Source: Eledone cirrhosa (lineage: Eukaryota). Taken from it: 64,000 nucleotides of DNA. The position numbers were made by a program, and so were the translations under genes. Positions 1-13,518 of this stretch are shown piece after piece. The number at the start of each line of letters is the position of its first letter. Position 1 is the first letter of the stretch. The notes below the pieces were generated by a model. That model did not search any database, was not told the origin of the DNA, and saw only the letters and a list, made by a program, of their open reading frames with translations. The stretch spans positions 113,894,001-113,958,000 of the forward strand of contig OZ024745.1 in assembly GCA_964016885.1 (NCBI GenBank), in the 5' to 3' direction.

Positions 1-255
1 ATATATATATGTATGTATATATATGTATATATATATATACTAAATTTTTATATACCGATATATATATATTTGGCAAAATCATTGAGACATCATTTAGGCA
101 TAGTAGGGTGTATATATATATATATATATATAAGGCTGCAGAGTCAGGTTCGATCTATAGTAGGTCTTGCCTCGAGCTGATCGTTAGAGAAACATATGTA
201 ATATGTTATTAAATATGGTATGATGCAACACTGAATCCTTGTTCCTTATCATTGA

Positions 256-436
256 TTGGCAGTATTGGTAGAGGGTTGGACGCCATGCTTTGACGTATAG
301 AGTTACGGCCCTTGCCTTTCTGAGTTCAAATCCCGCCAAGGTTAACTTTGCCTTTCATCCTTACGGGGTCGATAAAATAAAGTACCAGTAATGCACTGGG
401 TATTTGCTGGCCTTGTGCCTAACGTAGAAACAATTG
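256..436 (+). mobile_element. tRNA-type SINE, young subfamily (central domain resembles Meta/MESC-type core)
   Basis: A-box-like TGGCAGTATTGG, B-box-like GAGTTCAAATCC, core TTTGCCTTTCATCCTTACGGGGTCGATAAAATAAAGTACCAG, 3' end GTAGAAACAATT; many near-identical copies in the window. Confidence 0.85.
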
Positions 437-453
437 TAATATATATATATACG

Positions 454-640
454 GTGGATTGGCAGTATCCGTAGAGGGTCGGACGCCATGCTTTGACGCA
501 TAGAGTTACGGCCCTTGCCATTCTGAGTTCAAATCACACCGAGGTTAACTTTGCCTTTCATCCTTACGGGGTCGATAAAATAAAGTACCAGTAATACACT
601 GGGATAATTGCTGGCCTTGTGCCCAAAGTAGAAACAATTA
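454..640 (+). mobile_element. SINE, same young subfamily
   Basis: Near-identical to 256-436, separated from it by a short (TA)n. Confidence 0.85.
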
Positions 641-822
641 TAATATATATATACACGTACACAGTACAGGCCTTATAAACACTCTTATGCTTAAATGCTG
701 TTCCAATGATACTGCCAAATATATATAGACAATAGACATGCACGCGCACACACACACACACCTATGTGTCTATGCATGTATATATACCAAGTGGGGTTGA
801 CTAATAGATAGTGAGATAGATA

Positions 823-1144
823 TATTTCTTTATTTACCATAAAGGCATAAAAAGAAGGGACAAATACAAAGGGGGAGTTTACATAAAACCGAGTAAAAAG
901 GGTATAAAATAAAAATAATCAAAAACAACCTCAAAAGGGAGGGGACGTGATGGGGTTTGCACACACCCCCGTAAAAGTGTGCAATCCTTTGCCCGGTGAG
1001 CACATGGAGAAGGTGCTCCCATCTCCTTCACTTCTTTACCTACAGGATGGTATACAGAGAAGGCCCATTTACACGAGCCATTCTCGCCACTATCACCCAC
1101 CTTTCATAAAACTGCCTGTGGCCAAGCACCTCTCTCCCCATTCT
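823..1144 (-). mobile_element. 5'-truncated LINE 3' end (L1/Tx1-like) with 18-bp TSD
   Basis: TAGATAGTGAGATAGATA at 805-822 and 1145-1162. Minus strand encodes an ORF2 C-terminus-like RMGREVLGHRQFYERWVIVARMARVNGPS followed by a 3'UTR ending AATAAAGAAATA. Clade assignment is from recalled similarity. Confidence 0.7.
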
Positions 1145-1766
1145 TAGATAGTGAGATAGATAGTTTGATAAAAAGAGACTGAGTGATTAATGAATCTGTC
1201 TGCTTGAATCCAAGATATCAAAATTCAATAGACCTTACGATTTTGAAGGAGTAATGTGTGATTTTAGTGGAAAATTCACTACTTTAATAGGTTTCACATG
1301 GAGCCTTCATTTGTTGTCTTTTATTCCGAGTTATCCACATGTGAAATATATTTCATGAAAACAATTAACAATTGAAATGGACAATATCAATAAAAACGAA
1401 TAGTTTTAGTAACGATAGGGTGCTTAGATTAAGGAGGTTTTGACTGCTATTTCTAGTAATTCGCATGTGTCGTTTTCCTCGCATTTCTCTGCCCGTCAAC
1501 CTGTTCATTCCTAGCTTCCTGTCATTCATTGACTTCCTGCCTCTCACTCGTTCCTTCATTCTTTCCACCCCCACTTCTCTCTCTCCCTCTCCCTCTCGTG
1601 ATTGTACATATTGCTTCCATGCGCTTACTCTCGGTTATTTTACTTAGGGGTCCATTAAACTATCTATCTATCGCCCTTAATAAGCCTAAAGGTTACGAAC
1701 GGCTTTTGGTGGAAATGATGGACATGCGCTAAACAAACCGCAGGAAGTCGTCACAGACGTATATGA

Positions 1767-1971
<205 letters not shown>

Positions 1972-2233
1972 ATACACACACGCACACACATATATATGTA
2001 AATGTTTATATATACACACACACATACATACATGCACACATATAACTCAAAACTTCCACATCCACATCCACACATACAATAACATCCATACCTGCTCACA
2101 CATGCAGACATGCAGACATATCTACCTAGTTGATGTTTAAATTCTAATGAAAGAGACTTATGTCCATGTTAGCAACCGACTCCCTCTCTATTGGTAAAAC
2201 ATTTATACAATTATAAAACTAGAACAACATATA

Positions 2234-3350
2234 TATAGGTGAACCAAAAACAAAAGCTGGCCCCATATTTGTTTTTGTCTACATTATACATTTGTTAACA
2301 AGGATTGATGAAACTCCAAATATATTAAGAAGAAACCATAGAAAATACCATATCAAAACTTTACTATCTTCCGATGTTTCTCTTCAGAGTTGCAGTACAT
2401 GTTCCTAGTGATGCCCATTTGAATCCATGCATTATTTTAGTGGATTGGCAGTATCGGTAGAGGGCCGGACGCCATGTTTCCCAACTTAGAGTTACGTCCC
2501 TTTATGATCTGAGTTCAAACCCCGCCGAGATTAACTTTGCCTTTCATCTTTACGGGTTCGATAAAATAAAGTACCAGTAATGCACTGGAATAATTGCTGG
2601 CCTTGTACCAAAAGTAGAAACAATTATTTTAGGTGCATGATGCAGTTTAGTTAATGTCTTTACATATAGGCCTAGATATGGCTCTGATCGCCTCCCTGAT
2701 GTTTTTCATGAGTTACGTTAAGGTCCTAGGTTTGTTGACATATACCCTATCCTCCAAATTGTTCAAAATAAATAAATATGGTGGTGGTGGGGGGGGGGGG
2801 GGGAGTTAGATCAGCGCTGTATGGGGCCGCTCAAAATCAGTCTACAAACTGATTTCCAAAGCCATTCTCGCAACTCATTTGTGGATGAGGGCTTGCTGAG
2901 TTTTGCTGGAACCAGGACTTATTCATTAGAGATAAGTGCTTGGTCTGTACCTTTTGGATGTTTTACAGTATCTCCACATAGCGTTCCTTTCTGACTGTAC
3001 CAGAGACACAATTTTTTTCGAAGAAGAATGGGCCCGTCAAACATCTCTCAGAAATGGCAGCGCAAACGGTACATTTCCCGAGTGGAGAGGTTTCACAACC
3101 AATTCTGTTGATTTCTCTGACCCCAAGAACACATTGTTCTTAGAGTTGATTTTTCCATCTAAATGCTTCCACACAGGTCCACAGCAGATTCAGAACATTT
3201 GGGTTCTTTTCCAGCTTCTGCATTTTCCCAGCTACAGCCTTTCGCGGGGTCTTATTAGCTACAGCTTTTGTTTAGTCTGTAGGGGTACATATAAGAAAAA
3301 GAAACAAGCATTATTCCCAGGATGTATACGTGGCTGTAAGGTGAAACTTA
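2234..3350 (-). mobile_element. Decayed Tc1/mariner-superfamily transposon (rosa/DD41D-like), interrupted by a SINE
   Basis: Minus-strand fragments: MYPYRL, HLDGKINSKNNVFLGSE, PLHSGKCTVCAAIS..LTGPFFFE, SWFQQNSASPH, PYSADLTP, DRVYVNKPRTL. TIR-like TATAGGTGAACC near 2234. Boundaries approximate. Confidence 0.75.
2440..2626 (+). mobile_element. SINE, young subfamily, nested in the DNA transposon
   Basis: Matches 256-436. Confidence 0.85.
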
Positions 3351-3566
3351 GTAATTAGAAATTATTCAATGAAGTGGTTTCATATCATGAAATAGTTACC
3401 TTTCAGGATGAAGAACAGTTTCGATACTGGTTGTGGAAAGTCAAATATATTTGTGAGTTCAATAAGTACTTGTAAGTGCTTTCATCAGGAGGTTATCACT
3501 GAAAGTATGTATGTCTGTGTCATTTGGAAGCATGCATGTAAATACATATCATAGTATACACACACG

Positions 3567-3600
<34 letters not shown>

Positions 3601-3601
<1 letters not shown>

Positions 3602-3796
3602 ACGAAGGAAATGTGGTAAGGAACCAGATGGACCATAACGCACCAAAGTACTCAATACTTAGGGTAGTAGAGTGGGTAATAGGAACAAGTAAGACCCCGA
3701 CGGCTGAGCTCAAGCCGTTTCGACGGCTAATTCTGGACTGAATTAGCCGTCGAAACGGCTTGAGCTCAGCCGTCGGGGTCCTACTTGTTCCTATTG
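3601..3796 (-). mobile_element. Fold-back PLE-like terminal element, family C
   Basis: Between (TA)n tracts; 56-bp inverted arms 3678-3733/3740-3795. Contains the hammerhead 3' half GAAAC-GGCT-tgagctc-AGCC-GTC. Confidence 0.7.
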
Positions 3797-5399
3797 TATA
3801 TATATATATATATATATATGTCAAAAGCACATCACTAACTACATACAAAAGGGACCTAAAAATCAAGTCACTACCCTTTTAACTTAATTTTGAAAATAAT
3901 GAAAACGTCGTATTCATATTGCTGAAAGCAATGAGCCAGCTATTTTGTAAGATATGATTTTGAATAATCATTCTGAGCACTTCTTCTCGTGTACGTTTAG
4001 GATTTAGGGAACTTATAAACATTTTAAACCTATTACCTACTCTGACCGTTAATGCATATGCACATTTATATTGACGCGGTATAAAGGTGCGGCTAAAGAT
4101 GCGGCTAAAGACGTTATTAGATTACATTTTAGTAATTATCTTTCTATAACATTCATTTTTCCAGTCTAAAAATTTAACTCAACATTTCAACTAGTTATTG
4201 GGTTTAAAACTGTCACCATTGTCGATTTGTTTTAATTAACAGGCTTTCTGTGTTTTGGGCAGTAATTATTATTATGAAATCCCTTTAAGGCGTCGTAATT
4301 TTAGGGCTTCGGATTAAAAACATCTCTATATTTTTTCTGGCTCATTGCAATCTGAGTTTAAATTCATTCAGTCGAGGTCGATAACATGAAGTACGAGTCA
4401 AGTATTGAGATCGATTTTTAATCACCATTCTTAACCCCTAAAAATTGATGTCCTTGTGCCAAAATTCGAAACCCTTTTTTAATCCCTTTGACTTTCCCCC
4501 TCCAATGGCGTTACTGATCTTCCTTAATATTTCTGCTTAGTTACCTCGTTCTTGCATTTATCTATATCCTCTTTGTATCGTAGATAAAACTTTATCTTAT
4601 AACATACATTAGTTATTTAATCCCATCAACATCTATTACTCATTTAAATCCACATATTTACACAATTTCTTCACTTAACGGGTTGGTTATTTCAATACTA
4701 AGAATACCATTTTCCACTGCCTTCCATTCTCCTTCTATTTCTCATTTTTTAAATATCTTCCCTATCATAGTTATCAATAGGCTACCCTTTCGATTCTTGG
4801 TTCATTTACAAGTTATTCGTTTTTGTTTCTTTTACCATTAATATTTTCTCCAGAGAGGCTTGGAAGATATAAACAATTAATTATGAAGATTTCTACGACC
4901 AATTAGTAAATTCCTTTTAACTTTATAATATTTTCTGCAACCAATAATTAATAATTTATCATCCACTAATGCCAGGACTTGATGAAAATTTAATTCACAG
5001 CTTTGGCTTCTCAATTCAAGCATTATATGTTTCAGCTAAACTTTCCTCTCGTTTGATCTTCACACTCCTTATCTTAATCTCACTCATTACCACTTGCAAT
5101 ACATAGATCAGTCTAACATTACAACTCACCAGTCTCACCACATACCTAAAATTTCTTTATCTAGACTTTCTTTTTTTAATCCAATCTCATATGAACTAAT
5201 TCATATATATCTCTATCTATTTATCTACCAATTCTAATACCTATCGAGTAACTATCTGGTCACTGAAACTCAGACATACACACACGCTCATAATTAATTT
5301 ACGATAAGCAAAAAGAGAATATTTACGACATAAATATTTTTAAATAGTCGGGTACTTTGAGAAGATATAATAATTTAATTCTTTGTATCACTAAAATCC

Positions 5400-6500
5400 C
5401 TAAATCACCATCATTGTATGGGTCATAGCATTTCACAGTATATCGCATATGTGGCGTTGTCATCCACGGTTCGCCGATCCTCTCACATGACAGCCATTTG
5501 ACTTCAGGTCCACGCTTTGCCAGCTCGAAACACTTATTAGTTTCCCATTACAGCCACATGTCTCGATGCCACCTTACCAATAAAATGCAGCTGTCTTGAT
5601 CTCTGATCTTCCAGTCTCACTGGCTTTGCCGTCATGTCTTTTATCGAGACCCATTGTTTCTTCATTAACAGGGTTTTACACAACACAACTGGACCTACTG
5701 TGATCGGGGAACGCTAGGCAGCCAACACAATATGGAGCCAGCTCCACTTCTGCGCTGCGGACGTCTAACACCACCCCGTCTCTGTAGACGTCCAGTCTTC
5801 CCAAAGCAAATTGGATGCGTCCAGTGTGATAAGGCCATGAACAGGCTAGTGTATCTAATTAGCCAGAGCCGTCTGGCATGTTTTCACTCGTCCTCACAAA
5901 CCCACAGCAGTGCCTGGCTCACCGCCGTACCCTTACTTTCAACCGATAGCCTGCAGGACAGCGGCTGTTTGTGCATTAATGATTCCTAGATCCGCGAGCC
6001 ATAAAAATGCCACTGTGGTTTCATGGTTTCACTGTGTACTCTTTCGGCCTTCACTGAATATCAATCCATTAGAATACCGATCGCATCCCATGTCATGCCG
6101 CTCTGAACGAGATCCTAAAGAATGGCTTGGATGCCGAAAGCCTCCCTTCCCTGCGCAAGCCGACAGGACTACCAGACGGCATCACGATCTTCCTGTTTCG
6201 TCGTGGTAAGCCCTCATCTGGCACGCAGCTTGCAGTCCTACTCTCTCCAGCCGCAGCGTGGTGCATTCGGCAATAGAAACATCATTTGCTGTCCGACGAA
6301 CCAAAGATCGCAAACAGTCAAAGTATCAGCCGCTCCCCAATAAGTTTGTCGTCGAACCTGTAGCAGGATTCAGACTCTCGATAAGGAATGGCTATTCCAA
6401 TGCGTCTCAATCGCAATCCTTCCGAGCAGCACTTTCTTTCATCTACTTCAGTCCACTGGGACCACAACGTGGCCAGAGCCTGGGGTACTATAAGCTAAAG
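5400..6500 (+). mobile_element. Decayed CRE-clade-like (restriction-like endonuclease, REL) non-LTR retrotransposon, 3' part
   Basis: Frameshifted motifs ATLPIK, HSSAWLTAVP, ALNEILKNGL, PDGITIFLFRRGKP-LIW, KQSKYQPLPNKFVVEPVA, EWLFQCVSIAIL match the zinc-knuckle/PD-(D/E)xK C-terminus of CRE-like elements. Boundaries approximate. Confidence 0.7.
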
Positions 6501-7620
6501 AATGCTCCTCCACACCATCCGTAAACATATCTTTGCGTAGCGATGTTTGGGCGTGATTGTGATTATAAGTCTATAGAGTTCCCTTTTTCTTGACACTAAC
6601 CGTTACCACTACTCACGTGTCTTCCACTTTTTGTTAGCCCCTTCAATCAACACATCAAACAACGTCAGATACGTACGTATGTAAGCAAGCAGAATGTTAC
6701 AGAAGCATTGGATTACATGTGAATAGCTGTGAGATAATGATCTCTCCTTTATAACAGAACATGGGCATCATTTTCTTGAGATGGTCAAACAAAACAAAAA
6801 CCACGACAAATTGATCTCTGTTTTTGCCGAATGGGAGACACACACACAGAGAAAGAGAGAGAGAGAGTCACATAGACAGACAGACAGAGAAGATCGCTCT
6901 GTATTTCATTATCAATTAATTAATTCACGTTATCAGTGCATGCACAGACATTCGGGTTAAACAGACTAGTGTAGATCTGTCCGAATTTCGATATACGATA
7001 AATAGCTTTAGCCTAATTATCTCCCTTTGGGCAGAAAATGCCTATTCCGTCTGTGATAAATATCTTTCTGCTCATGGAGGAATACAATATATGAAGTAAT
7101 GATTACATCATTTTCTCACAGTGTAGTTAATGTAATATGTTTATTTAAAAGGTCTAAGCTACGTTTCAACTAAGACCAATTAAAAAGTACCGTACTATTC
7201 ATCAATTGATCCGTGTTAGTTACAAAATATTGAATTGGTTTGATTAGTCACTAATCTTCGTCAGAAGAAGCACAACAGTCTGTGTTTTGCAAAGAGAGAC
7301 TAGTAGGATATAGTTATAGTGTATACATTTCAGACACTGCGAATCTCATCTGTCTAATTTGTAGGATATTGTAGGATATTGCATATGGAGAGATAGTCTG
7401 TGGGTCTACCACGTTCTTTTTACTTTTCACATCGAAGCTAATAATGTATTTTTTTATCAAAAAATGCTTTATCTTAGAATACGTTTCAAATTATCGCAAA
7501 TTAACACTTGTGAAGGGCATTGTTAATTCGATGTGTGTGTGTATTTTACTATAATCTTCGATGTAACTTTACGATTCATCTCATAGTACTGGTTTGCTGA
7601 ACAAGCGACAACTATATGTA

Positions 7621-7696
<76 letters not shown>

Positions 7697-7857
7697 TGAA
7701 ACTAAAAACCATATCATTTGTACTGCCTCTCTGTATTTTGTTCTCTGTTCATTTATTAAACTATATATATATATATATATAATATATTTATATATACAAT
7801 GATATTAAATAAATGGAAATAAAAGTTGAATTTCCAGCAAATTAAATATCCTTTCTT

Positions 7858-7914
<57 letters not shown>

Positions 7915-8341
7915 ATGTGAGTGTGTGTGTATATACCCTACACACATACATATATAAATACGTATACATACATACATATATATATGCACACATACATTTA
8001 CACGTGTCTGTGTATGTGTATTTGTGTATTTCTGGGTGTATTTCTGGATGTATTCTGAATAGTACGAAAGTTTGCGTGTGAGAATCTATGTAATTAAGTT
8101 TCTCTATGCGTTTATTTGTTCAAACGTCTATGTGTATGAGCGAGTGTGTACACATGAATATGTCTGGTTATGTGTGTCTCTATCTGTGAATACCAGTATG
8201 TGTATATATGTGAGTGAGTGTGTGTGGGAACAAATAAATATATATGATACACATTAATACACGCACTTGTTTATACTGATCTATATATTGTGTATAGATG
8301 TTTACACACACACAAACGCATATATGTATACACACACACAT

Positions 8342-8375
<34 letters not shown>

Positions 8376-8455
8376 GTATATGTATAATAAATGTATAATA
8401 TATATATATGTGTGTATGTGTCTGTGTGTGTGTGTGTAATTATAGAGAGAGAAAG

Positions 8456-8530
<75 letters not shown>

Positions 8531-8718
8531 AGAGAGAAAGAAAGAGAAAGAGAGAGATGCGGGCGGCGTCTGAGTGTATAATTGTGTCACCATTGACTGG
8601 GTGCGTATGATCGTGCGTTTGTGTGTTTGTACATGATTGCATGTGAAGACAAACATGCAAATATGTTGGTATGATGCAATAAACACATACGCACTAGTCT
8701 GTATCTCCCTATTACACT

Positions 8719-8763
8719 TGTGTGTGTGTGTGTGTGTGTCTCTGTGTGTGTGTGTGTGTGTGT

Positions 8764-8812
<49 letters not shown>

Positions 8813-8863
8813 TATGTGTGTCTGTGTGTGTGGGTGTGTGTGTGGGTGTGTCTGTATGTGTGT

Positions 8864-8904
<41 letters not shown>

Positions 8905-8920
8905 GGTGTGTGTGGGTGTG

Positions 8921-9005
<85 letters not shown>
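8719..9005. repeat. long imperfect (GT)n microsatellite
   Basis: Directly visible. Confidence 0.95.
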
Positions 9006-9006
<1 letters not shown>

Positions 9007-9374
9007 ATGCTACTGTGTGAGTGCTAAAATGACTGTTTGCGTCAGTGATTGTATGCACGTGGTTATGTGCATATAATATATACACCACCAGACATATTTC
9101 TGTCACGCAACCATCATAAATCGTGTCAAACATCAAAGATCCCTCATTTTTTCCTACCAGATATTTCCTAATCAGTAGTATCCCTTATTGGACAAATAGC
9201 ACCTTATTCATTTTCTAAATGTCTTATTTATATCAGACAAATGGCATGAGTATTGCACCAAGAATTAAATGTGCATATTTTTTTCATTTGGTTCCTTGCA
9301 ATCAGCTCTTTATATCAATCTCTGATTAGTCCTATTGAGAATGTAATTGCGTAGCCCCCCCCCCCCCCTCTCTG

Positions 9375-9426
<52 letters not shown>

Positions 9427-9435
9427 TATAATTTG

Positions 9436-9475
<40 letters not shown>

Positions 9476-9589
9476 TATATATACATATATGTATATATGT
9501 AGATATGTAGATGTGCATATAAATATGTATAATTATATATATATGTGTGTGTCTGTCTGTCTGTGTCTGTTTGACTGTGTAAAGCGGGA

Positions 9590-10122
9590 CATTGGGAAAG
9601 TCGTTAGAATGTCCGTTAAAATGCTTTGCAGTATTTTTTCGACTCTCAGCTCACAGAGTTCAAAACCTTCTGAGGTCAACTTTGCATTTTATTCATTCAA
9701 TATCGATAAAAAAAAAGTACAAGTCTAGTACTGGGGTAGATTCTTTCTCTATAAATCTTCCGCTTTTTGATTCTCCCATTCTATATCATTATCAGCATAG
9801 AGTTACGTCCCTTTACGATCTGAGTTCAAATCACAACGAAGTCGACTTTGCCTTTCATCCTTACGGGGTCGATAAAATAAAGTACCAGTAATGCACTGAG
9901 GATAATTGCTGGCCTTGTGCCAAAAGTAGAAACAATTATCGTGGCAGTATCGTTGGAGGGTCGGACGCCATTCTTTGCAGCATAGAGTTACGTCCCTTTA
10001 CGGTCTGAGTTCAAATCCCACAGAGGTTAACTTTGCCTTTCATTCTTACGGGGTCGATAAAATAAAGTACCAGTAATGCACTGGGTAGTTTGCTGGCCTT
10101 GTGCCTAAAGTAGAAACAATTA
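9590..10122 (+). mobile_element. Three head-to-tail SINE copies (one old, one partial, one full-length young)
   Basis: SINE core repeated at ~9590-9735, ~9795-9939 and 9942-10122. Confidence 0.8.
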
Positions 10123-10229
10123 TCTGGAAAAAGAAATCTGCTATACATCAAACTTGGGGAGGAGATGCGCTGCGCCAGGTTTAAAAGATACCATAGAAAC
10201 GCTAATTGTCAATGCGGAGTTACTGCACC

Positions 10230-10297
<68 letters not shown>

Positions 10298-10461
10298 ATG
10301 GGAGTGCTTGGTAGGTTTGACATTCGTGCACATTTCATACACAATCTTGAAAAGTCTTAGAACTGGGAAAGAAGACTTGAGCCAAAGGCAAATATGAATG
10401 TAATCTTCGTTGATATCATTTTGTAATACATACATACATACACACAGAGGCACACACATGT

Positions 10462-10541
<80 letters not shown>

Positions 10542-10588
10542 GCTGACATACACATATATATTATATACATATGTATACATGCTGACAT

Positions 10589-10620
<32 letters not shown>

Positions 10621-10824
10621 TTTTTATTTTATTTTATAGAAGGAGCTTCTACAGGACTAGTACTGTTTCGTTCAGATGAAATCTTCAGCTTCCTGAAGAT
10701 TTCATCTGAACGAAACAGTACTAGTCCTGTAGAAGCTCCTTCTATAAAATAAAAAAATTTTACTCTGCCATGTATTGAGTACCTTACTTACTGTGGTTAT
10801 CCCCGACTCAACCCGGGACCTACG
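10621..10824 (+). mobile_element. Fold-back PLE-like terminal element, subfamily A
   Basis: Roughly 65-bp inverted arms centred near 10690, then a unique tail ...GTATTGAGTACC...CCCGGGACCTACG; (TA)n on both sides. Confidence 0.75.
10687..10737 (+). ncRNA. Type I hammerhead ribozyme motif
   Basis: Stem I AGCTTC/GAAGCT; CTGAAGA; stem II TTC-atct-GAA (U/C at 10.1/11.1); GAAA; stem III ACAG-tactagtc-CTGT; GUA cleavage triplet at 10729-10731. Confidence 0.75.
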
Positions 10825-10923
<99 letters not shown>

Positions 10924-11115
10924 AAACTGCTAAGGTCACATGTAAATATTGATAGTTCTTTTTATTTATAATCTGCTGTAATACATATTTCTGTAGCATT
11001 AACAATTACGTAATGCTGTCACCCAACGTGCAACATGACTTCGTCATACAGTATCTTAAGTAATAAGGTTGTCATGTAATATTTGTAAGTAATGCATTAC
11101 AGACTATTGATCACA

Positions 11116-11187
<72 letters not shown>

Positions 11188-11800
11188 ATGTGTGCATGCA
11201 TATGTGTGTGTGTTTATGCACACGAAATTGTATATTATATAACGGTAACACCTGGTTTCATGTAATTTTTATTAATGGTGATAATAGATGTACAGCTGCT
11301 TGACATTACATTTAGACATTAATGAGTACAAATTGCTGATCGAGAAAATGAAATAAGAAGAATTGTATATTATTTGTGAGTATATTTGTAATGAAACAAT
11401 CTTGGGGTGACAGCTAATCTGTTTAATATTTTTAAGTCATTGTTTCTGATATCATTGTGTTTATAGTAATTTCATATTCAAGAACACAGCAAGACCTAAA
11501 GGAGGTTTTCAATCACTGACTGGCTGCTTTTCTGAGTGTGGTGCTTCCGCCAGGACAATAAAAACTTCATAAAAGGAAGTGAATCTGTTCGTTGAAAAAT
11601 TCAGTGCTTCGAAGCTCGTATCTCGTGGATTAATTTATGTTGGATTTTGTTCTTCAAGATTTGCCTATTAAATACTCCCATGTTTTTACGACCCACACAT
11701 ATCTCGCCAAAACTGCGGAAATTCTCATATTGAATTCTTGGCTGACGAGATATGTGAGTTGTACCTTGGTTTAAATTTAATTCTATATATATATATATAT

Positions 11801-12103
11801 GTATAAGAAAGTGAGTTTTTTTTTACAAAATGAAAAATAACCGAAGTGTCCTGCACGAGTGAAAGTATAAGGAAAAAAGATGAAATCGAAAATGCAACTG
11901 GAGTCTTTTTTTATTTTAAATATATATTTATTTGGTTCCTTTACCAGTTTCGCAGTTCTTCTGCTTTTCAAAAGTAGAATTGAGATGGAGAGTCTGTGGT
12001 TTTTCTCAGAAGAACTGCGAAACCGGTAAAGGAACCAAATAAATATTTATTTTTAAAAAAGAAGACGCCAGTTGCATTTACGATTTCATCTTTTTTCCTT
12101 ATA
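11801..12103 (-). mobile_element. Fold-back PLE-like terminal element, family E
   Basis: (TA)n-flanked; imperfect ~97-bp inverted arms 11866-11963/12007-12103. Carries GAAACCGGTA (minimal hammerhead stem III plus GUA) at 12019-12028; the CTGANGA half is absent. Confidence 0.6.
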
Positions 12104-12627
12104 TATATATATATATATATTACTGATTTATATCCCTGTATCAACTTGCGGATTATTACGACTGACACACAAAAGCACAGACACAAATACCAACACACAC
12201 AAATGTGCTGGAAAATGAAGGATTACACATTAAAAACTATATTAATAGATCTCTATGAAAAACATTACAGATATACCACAGAGAATAAAGGAAACAGTGG
12301 TAAGAGGAAGAGAGAAAATGTAGGCTTCACACAGAATATTCTAAAATGCCCCACTAAAAGTACTTTGTTTTTCTGTAGTGTATGTAGGGTTTCAATCAAT
12401 TAAGAAAACCCATCACTATTTGGAGTGAGACGCTGAAGAGTGTTTTAACACATCATTGGTAGCTTAATAAGCAGTTAAACAGTTTCAAACTACTTACAAC
12501 GGTAAATATCTAGGTTTTATGATTCCATCTATAGCCAAGTTTATACGAATCACCGTATTGCCACTTCGACACAAAACTGACTCTACAAGCAAAGCGACGA
12601 CCAGACAAACACTCTTATACACACACA

Positions 12628-12659
<32 letters not shown>

Positions 12660-12742
12660 CGTTATTCCGGGTTGAATCGAAGGTAACCACAGTAAATAAG
12701 GTACTCAATACATAGCAGAGTATAAAAGTTTTAATATAGATG

Positions 12743-12794
12743 AGATTCTACAGGACTAGAACTGTTTCATTCTTTAGAAAATCATCAGGAATCT
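12743..12794 (-). ncRNA. Type I hammerhead ribozyme motif (mirror copy)
   Basis: Reverse complement of 12799-12849 with one extra T in the stem II region. Confidence 0.7.
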
Positions 12795-12798
12795 GGCC

Positions 12799-12849
12799 AG
12801 ATTCCTGATGATTTCTAAAGAATGAAACAGTTCTAGTCCTGTAGAATCT
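12799..12849 (+). ncRNA. Type I hammerhead ribozyme motif
   Basis: Stem I AGATTC/GAATCT; CTGATGA; TTC-taaa-GAA; GAAA; ACAG-ttctagtc-CTGT; GUA at 12841-12843. Confidence 0.75.
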
Positions 12850-12862
12850 CATCTATATTTAA

Positions 12863-13192
<330 letters not shown>

Positions 13193-13193
13193 A

Positions 13194-13386
13194 GTTATTC
13201 CGGGTTGAATCGGATGTAACCACAGTGAGTAAGATACTCAATACATAACAGAGTATAAAAGTTTTAATATAGATGAGATTCTACAGGACTAGAACTGTTT
13301 CATTCTTTAGAAATCATCAGGAACCCTGATGATTTCTAAAGAATGAAACAGTTCTAGTCCTGTAGAATCTCATCTATATTAAAACT
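13194..13386 (-). mobile_element. Fold-back PLE-like terminal element, subfamily B
   Basis: Near-identical to 12660-12866 but with centre CAGG-aac-CCTG, which truncates hammerhead stem I. Confidence 0.75.
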
Positions 13387-13487
13387 ATATATACATATAT
13401 ATATATATATATGTGTGTATATATATATATGTATATATATGTGTATATATATATATATATATGTATGTATATATATATATATGTATG

Positions 13488-13518
<31 letters not shown>

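Larger units (their letters stand above)
12660..12866 (-). mobile_element. Fold-back PLE-like terminal element, subfamily B
   Basis: Palindrome centred on TGGCCA (12794-12799); homologous to 10621-10824, 13194-13386 and 53572-53755; (TA)n flanks. Confidence 0.75.

Noticed and set aside
256-436. tRNA genes
   Set aside because: A/B boxes belong to SINE heads; no complete cloverleaf.
11686-11763. Imperfect hairpin (CATATCTCG/CGAGATATG) containing CTGACGA
   Set aside because: No GAAA/stem III; single copy; too irregular to call a pre-miRNA or MITE.
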